64,000 bases of DNA from an uncultured delta proteobacterium (lineage in GTDB: Bacteria > Desulfobacterota > Desulfobacteria > Desulfobacterales > Desulfosarcinaceae), in contig CAVOIA010000006.1 in assembly GCA_963695845.1 (NCBI GenBank), positions 269,645 to 333,644 on the forward strand, in the 5' to 3' direction. Positions 58,086 to 64,000 of this stretch are shown here, piece after piece. Under the pieces are notes generated by a model. The model worked only from the letters and a program-made list of their open reading frames with translations. It did no database searches and was not told the origin of the DNA. The position numbers and the translations under genes are program-made. Numbering within the stretch: position 1 is the first letter of the stretch; each line of letters starts with the position of its first letter.

Positions 58086-59468
58086 CTAAAAATCGATACT
58101 TCCCGGCGTTCGCGGAAAAGGGATCACATCCCTGATGTTGGTCACGCCGGTGATCAGCATCAACAACCGCTCGAAACCCAGCCCAAAGCCGCTGTGGGGT
58201 ACCGTTCCGTAGCGCCGCGAATCCAGGTACCACCAGTAGTTATCTTGTGACAGTCCGGCTTCGGCCATACGCTTTTCCAGAATGTCCAAGCGCTCTTCAC
58301 GCTGGCTGCCGCCGATCAATTCGCCGATTCTGGGAACCAGTATATCCACCGCCGCCACCGTTTTGCCGTCGTCGTTCAGGCGCATGTAAAAGGGTTTGAT
58401 GGCCTTTGGGTAGTCGTAGAGAATGACCGGTTTCTTGAAGTGGATTTCGGTCAGGTAGCGTTCGTGCTCGGACTGCAGGTCCGCTCCGTAGGTCACATCG
58501 AAATCAAACGATTTTTTTGAATGCGCCAATATGTCGACGGCACTGCCGTAAGCAACGCGTTCGAATTCGGAACCGACGATGTTGTCCAGGGTCTGCATCA
58601 AACCGTTGTCGACGAATCGGGCGAACAACTCCAGATCCTGGGAACACTCCTCCAGAGCGAAGGATATCAGATGTTTGATCAGGGTTTCGCCCAGTTGCAT
58701 GTTTCCGATCAGATCGCAAAACGCCATTTCCGGTTCGATCATCCAGAATTCGGCCACATGCCGGCTGGTGTTGGAATTTTCGGCCCGAAATGTGGGCCCG
58801 AAGGTGTAGACATCGCCGAGGGCAAGGGCTAACATTTCCGCCGAAAGCTGTCCGGAAACGGTTAGATTGGACTCCTTTCCAAAGAAATCTTTTGAAAAAT
58901 CGATCTGCTGATCGTCCGTCAAGGGAAAGGGAGGGTCCAGAGCGGTGACGCGGAAAAGTTCCCCGGCCCCCTCGCAATCCGATCCGGTGATGACCGGCGT
59001 GTGAATGTAGCGGAAACCGCGTTTTCTGAAGAACTGATGAACCGCCCAGGAGAGCTCCGATCGGATCCGGAAAACAGCCCCGTATTTGTTGGTTCGCGGC
59101 CTCAGATGGGCGATGCTGCGCAGGTAATCGTCGCTGTGGCGTTTTTTCTGCAGCGGGAAGTTCTCGGGCGCCAGACTGATGATGGCCACGGTTAAGGCCT
59201 GGACCTCCCACTGCTGTCCGGCGCCCTGGGATGCGACCAGCCGGCCCCGCACACTGACCGCCGATCCGGTGGTGATTTTTTTGACCTCCTGGTAATCAGG
59301 GATTTTTTCGTCGGCGACAACCTGGATGTTTTTCAGACAGGAGCCGTCGTTGACCTCGATGAAGGAAAAACGTTTGGCATCCCGTTTGGTCCGGACCCAG
59401 CCGTACAGCAAAACGGGATCGAGCGGCGTCGGGGATCTCAACAGATCGGCAATTTTGATTCGGTTCAT
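58086..59468 (-). CDS. asnS: asparagine--tRNA ligase
   Basis: OB-fold N-terminus (LYGWVRTKRDAKRFSFIEVNDGS) and class II motifs (FRAENSNTSRHVAEFWMIEPE, GFGLGFERL, FPRTPG). Confidence 0.95.
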   Translation of the reverse strand: MNRIKIADLLRSPTPLDPVLLYGWVRTKRDAKRFSFIEVNDGSCLKNIQVVADEKIPDYQEVKKITTGSAVSVRGRLVASQGAGQQWEVQALTVAIISLAPENFPLQKKRHSDDYLRSIAHLRPRTNKYGAVFRIRSELSWAVHQFFRKRGFRYIHTPVITGSDCEGAGELFRVTALDPPFPLTDDQQIDFSKDFFGKESNLTVSGQLSAEMLALALGDVYTFGPTFRAENSNTSRHVAEFWMIEPEMAFCDLIGNMQLGETLIKHLISFALEECSQDLELFARFVDNGLMQTLDNIVGSEFERVAYGSAVDILAHSKKSFDFDVTYGADLQSEHERYLTEIHFKKPVILYDYPKAIKPFYMRLNDDGKTVAAVDILVPRIGELIGGSQREERLDILEKRMAEAGLSQDNYWWYLDSRRYGTVPHSGFGLGFERLLMLITGVTNIRDVIPFPRTPGSIDF

Positions 59469-60904
59469 CCGGTACCGTCCCTCATGGGTGTGTTGATGTG
59501 GTAAATCGTGCCGTCGCGTTCGATGAAGAGCACCACGGCCGCCTTGTTGCGGTATTTGACGATGGCGGCCTTGAACGCTTCGACATCGGGAACGCTTGTC
59601 TCGTCGATCTGGTGGACAATGTCGCCCGGCCGCACCCCGATGCGGTCCAGATGACTGTTGCGGCGCAACTTGACGATCAACACGCCCTTGCGCGACGTGA
59701 GGCCATAGCGGGCCCGAGCCTGATCGTCGAGGTCGGCCACGCTGATGCCCAGTTGGCGGGCAGCCAGGTCCAGGGCGCGCTCGAGCGGGAAAAGTGCCGT
59801 TTTGAGCGACAGCCGCTGACGGGTTCCATTGCGGTTGACCGTGACGGAAATGGATTGATCGACGCTGATGTCGTTTAATTTCAACTGATAGGCGGTTCCA
59901 TCCACCGTGCGGGTGCCGTCGATGGAAACGATTACATCGCCTTCTTGCAGACCCGCCTTCTGGGCCGGGCTATCCGGTTCCACCCGAGTGACCAGCACGC
60001 CGCCGGGACCGTCAAGACCGAGGTATTGGGCCAACCCGGCATCGACGGGCTGCACGGCCGCACCGATCCAGGCTGGTACAACCTCGCCGTAGGTGATCAG
60101 GTCGGCGATGATGCGTTTGGCCCGGTTGATGGGGATGGCGAACCCGATGCCCTGGCCTTGGGCGTAGATCGCCGTGTTGATGCCGATCAGTTCGCCGTCG
60201 ATGTTCAGCAGCGGTCCGCCGCTGTTGCCCGGATTGATGGATGCATCGGTTTGAATGAACTCGTGAAACACCCGCTCGGCGGTTTTAATGCTGCGCTTGA
60301 CGGCACTGATCACCCCGGTGGTAACCGTGTGCGAAAAACCAAACGGATTTCCGATGGCGATCACCGACTCGCCGATCATGAGAGCATCGGAGTCGCCCAT
60401 TTGAATGCTCGGCAGGACCTGCTGCGAATCGATTTTAAGAACCGCCAGATCCGAGTCCGGATCCATGCCCACGATCATGGCCGAAAATTCGTGCTGGTCG
60501 TTGAGCGTCACGCTGATGGCCGAGGCCTTTTCGATAACGTGGGTATTGGTCAGCACCAGCCCGCGTTCGCCGTCGATGATCACCCCGGAACCCAGGCTGG
60601 TCCGCCGCTCACGCCGTTCCAGTTCGGGGGCGAAGAAGTCGCGGAAAAAGCGTTCCAGCATCGGATCCATGCCGTATTGTGAAAACGGACTGGAATTCTT
60701 GCGGATTTCATATTCCGAACTTATATTGACCACTGCCGGGCTGACTTTTCGGACGGCTTTGACAACGCCGTTTTCGCGTGTCTGGGCGACACTAACGCTG
60801 AATTGGCCAAGCCAGCAGACCAGCATCAACGTTCCTGCGAAGCTACGCCAGGATCGTTTTTTCCATTTATTGAAGGGTGGCGCATGCCTTGCCATTGCGA
60901 ACAC
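59465..60904 (-). CDS. htrA: DegP/HtrA-family periplasmic serine protease with two PDZ domains
   Basis: Catalytic contexts TNTHVI, DLAVLKI and GNSGGPLLN, followed by two PDZ-like segments. It has an N-terminal signal/anchor. The start is GTG 60904 or ATG 60895. Confidence 0.92.
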   Translation of the reverse strand: MFAMARHAPPFNKWKKRSWRSFAGTLMLVCWLGQFSVSVAQTRENGVVKAVRKVSPAVVNISSEYEIRKNSSPFSQYGMDPMLERFFRDFFAPELERRERRTSLGSGVIIDGERGLVLTNTHVIEKASAISVTLNDQHEFSAMIVGMDPDSDLAVLKIDSQQVLPSIQMGDSDALMIGESVIAIGNPFGFSHTVTTGVISAVKRSIKTAERVFHEFIQTDASINPGNSGGPLLNIDGELIGINTAIYAQGQGIGFAIPINRAKRIIADLITYGEVVPAWIGAAVQPVDAGLAQYLGLDGPGGVLVTRVEPDSPAQKAGLQEGDVIVSIDGTRTVDGTAYQLKLNDISVDQSISVTVNRNGTRQRLSLKTALFPLERALDLAARQLGISVADLDDQARARYGLTSRKGVLIVKLRRNSHLDRIGVRPGDIVHQIDETSVPDVEAFKAAIVKYRNKAAVVLFIERDGTIYHINTPMRDGTG

Positions 60905-60935
60905 TTTCGACCTTTCGGGTAAAAAAAATCATACC

Positions 60936-63447
<2,512 letters not shown>

Positions 63448-63455
<8 letters not shown>

Positions 63456-64000
63456 AAAAATCATCATCAACGTGGCCGACCACGAGACCCGGGTCGCACT
63501 GGTGGAAGACGAAACCATCGTCGAGTTGTTCATCGAGCGCAAAGGCAGCCGGGACAACACCGGCAACATTTACAAAGGCCGGGTTCAACGGGTCCTGCCG
63601 GGCATGCAGGCCGCTTTTGTGGATGTCGGACTCAACCAGGCCGCCTTCATCTATGTCGACGACGTCATCCGTGACACCTATGCGGACATCGTGGACGATT
63701 TTACCTGCAATGACCTGGAAGAGGCGGTGCCGGTCTGGCACGACAGCGACACCGCGGACCAGCGCCTGGCGGACAAAGAGAACATCGAAGACCTTATCAC
63801 CGAGGGGCAGGAGGTTCTCGTTCAGGTGTCCAAATCGCCCATCGGGACGAAAGGCGCCCGCATTACCTCCAATATTTCGCTGCCGGGACGCTTTTTGGTG
63901 CTGATGCCGACCTCCTCCCACATCGGTATCTCGCGGCGGATCGAGGACGAATCCGAGCGTCAACGGCTCAAGGAGATCGTTTCCGGGCTTTCCCAGAACA
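63448..64000 (+). CDS. rng: ribonuclease G/E family protein (5' part; truncated by the window end)
   Basis: My own translation from ATG 63448 stays open to the window end: MYKKIIINVADHETRVALVEDETIVELFIERKGSRDNTGNIYKGRVQRVLPGMQAAFVDVGLNQAAFIY... (S1 domain). It overlaps the upstream stop by 8 nt and is absent from the ORF track because no stop lies within the window. Confidence 0.9.

Noticed and set aside
60405-60935. N-terminal 177-codon extension of the radical SAM ORF in the track (similar upstream extensions for mltA to 31878, hisG to 41575, the HEAT gene to 48715, mobA, moaB and glpA)
   Set aside because: The extensions run antisense or out of frame through neighbouring genes. Internal ATGs match family N-termini, and some (hisG, glpA) are preceded by SD sequences.

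Overview
This 64-kb chromosomal segment has high G+C with a few clearly lower-G+C patches. It appears to come from a sulfate-reducing Desulfobacterota (deltaproteobacterial) genome; that placement is inferred from dsrA-dsrB-dsrD-dsrN plus a tetrahaem cytochrome c3. I call about 55 protein genes and recognise no rRNA, tRNA, CRISPR array or intact IS element. From left to right the window holds: an MDR oxidoreductase; a glycerol module (glpA-glpB-glpK, divergent glpR, and a six-gene ABC importer with a DUF2160 peptide); ykgJ-like, dapA-family, TPR and unknown genes; the dsrABDN operon; a low-GC patch; a CHASE2 cyclase / FecR-TPR / beta-barrel locus; cytochrome c3; tatBC; mltA with Moco genes (moaC, moaE-like, mobA, moaB); small DUF genes; a long minus-strand operon (hisI-hisG-aminotransferase-engB-era-ATP-grasp-HNH); PBP1A; a PAS histidine kinase with a NarL-type regulator; a HEAT protein plus an EndoQ-like/UvrD fusion; two RdgC-like genes; dnaN-gyrB (no dnaA or recF in the window); a thymidylate-synthase-like gene; asnS; htrA; and a radical-SAM/DUF2344 fusion followed by rng (truncated by the window end). 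Items most worth a second look: (1) a single in-frame TAG splits a FecR-TPR protein from a TPR-beta-barrel that has no start or export signals of its own, it lies within about 100 nt of a sharp G+C discontinuity, and the pair is translationally coupled to a CHASE2 cyclase; (2) an EndoQ-type PHP nuclease is fused to a UvrD helicase; (3) repeated 10-mers plus AT-rich DNA lie upstream of dnaN, where tandem RdgC-like genes sit in the position usually taken by dnaA; (4) a structured, terminator-containing leader precedes a divergent archaeal-type ThyA-like gene; (5) a 20-codon aromatic-rich uORF with a strong SD sits just upstream of the dsrA SD (stop codon 2 nt before it). All functional calls rest on motif recognition by eye; no database search was run.
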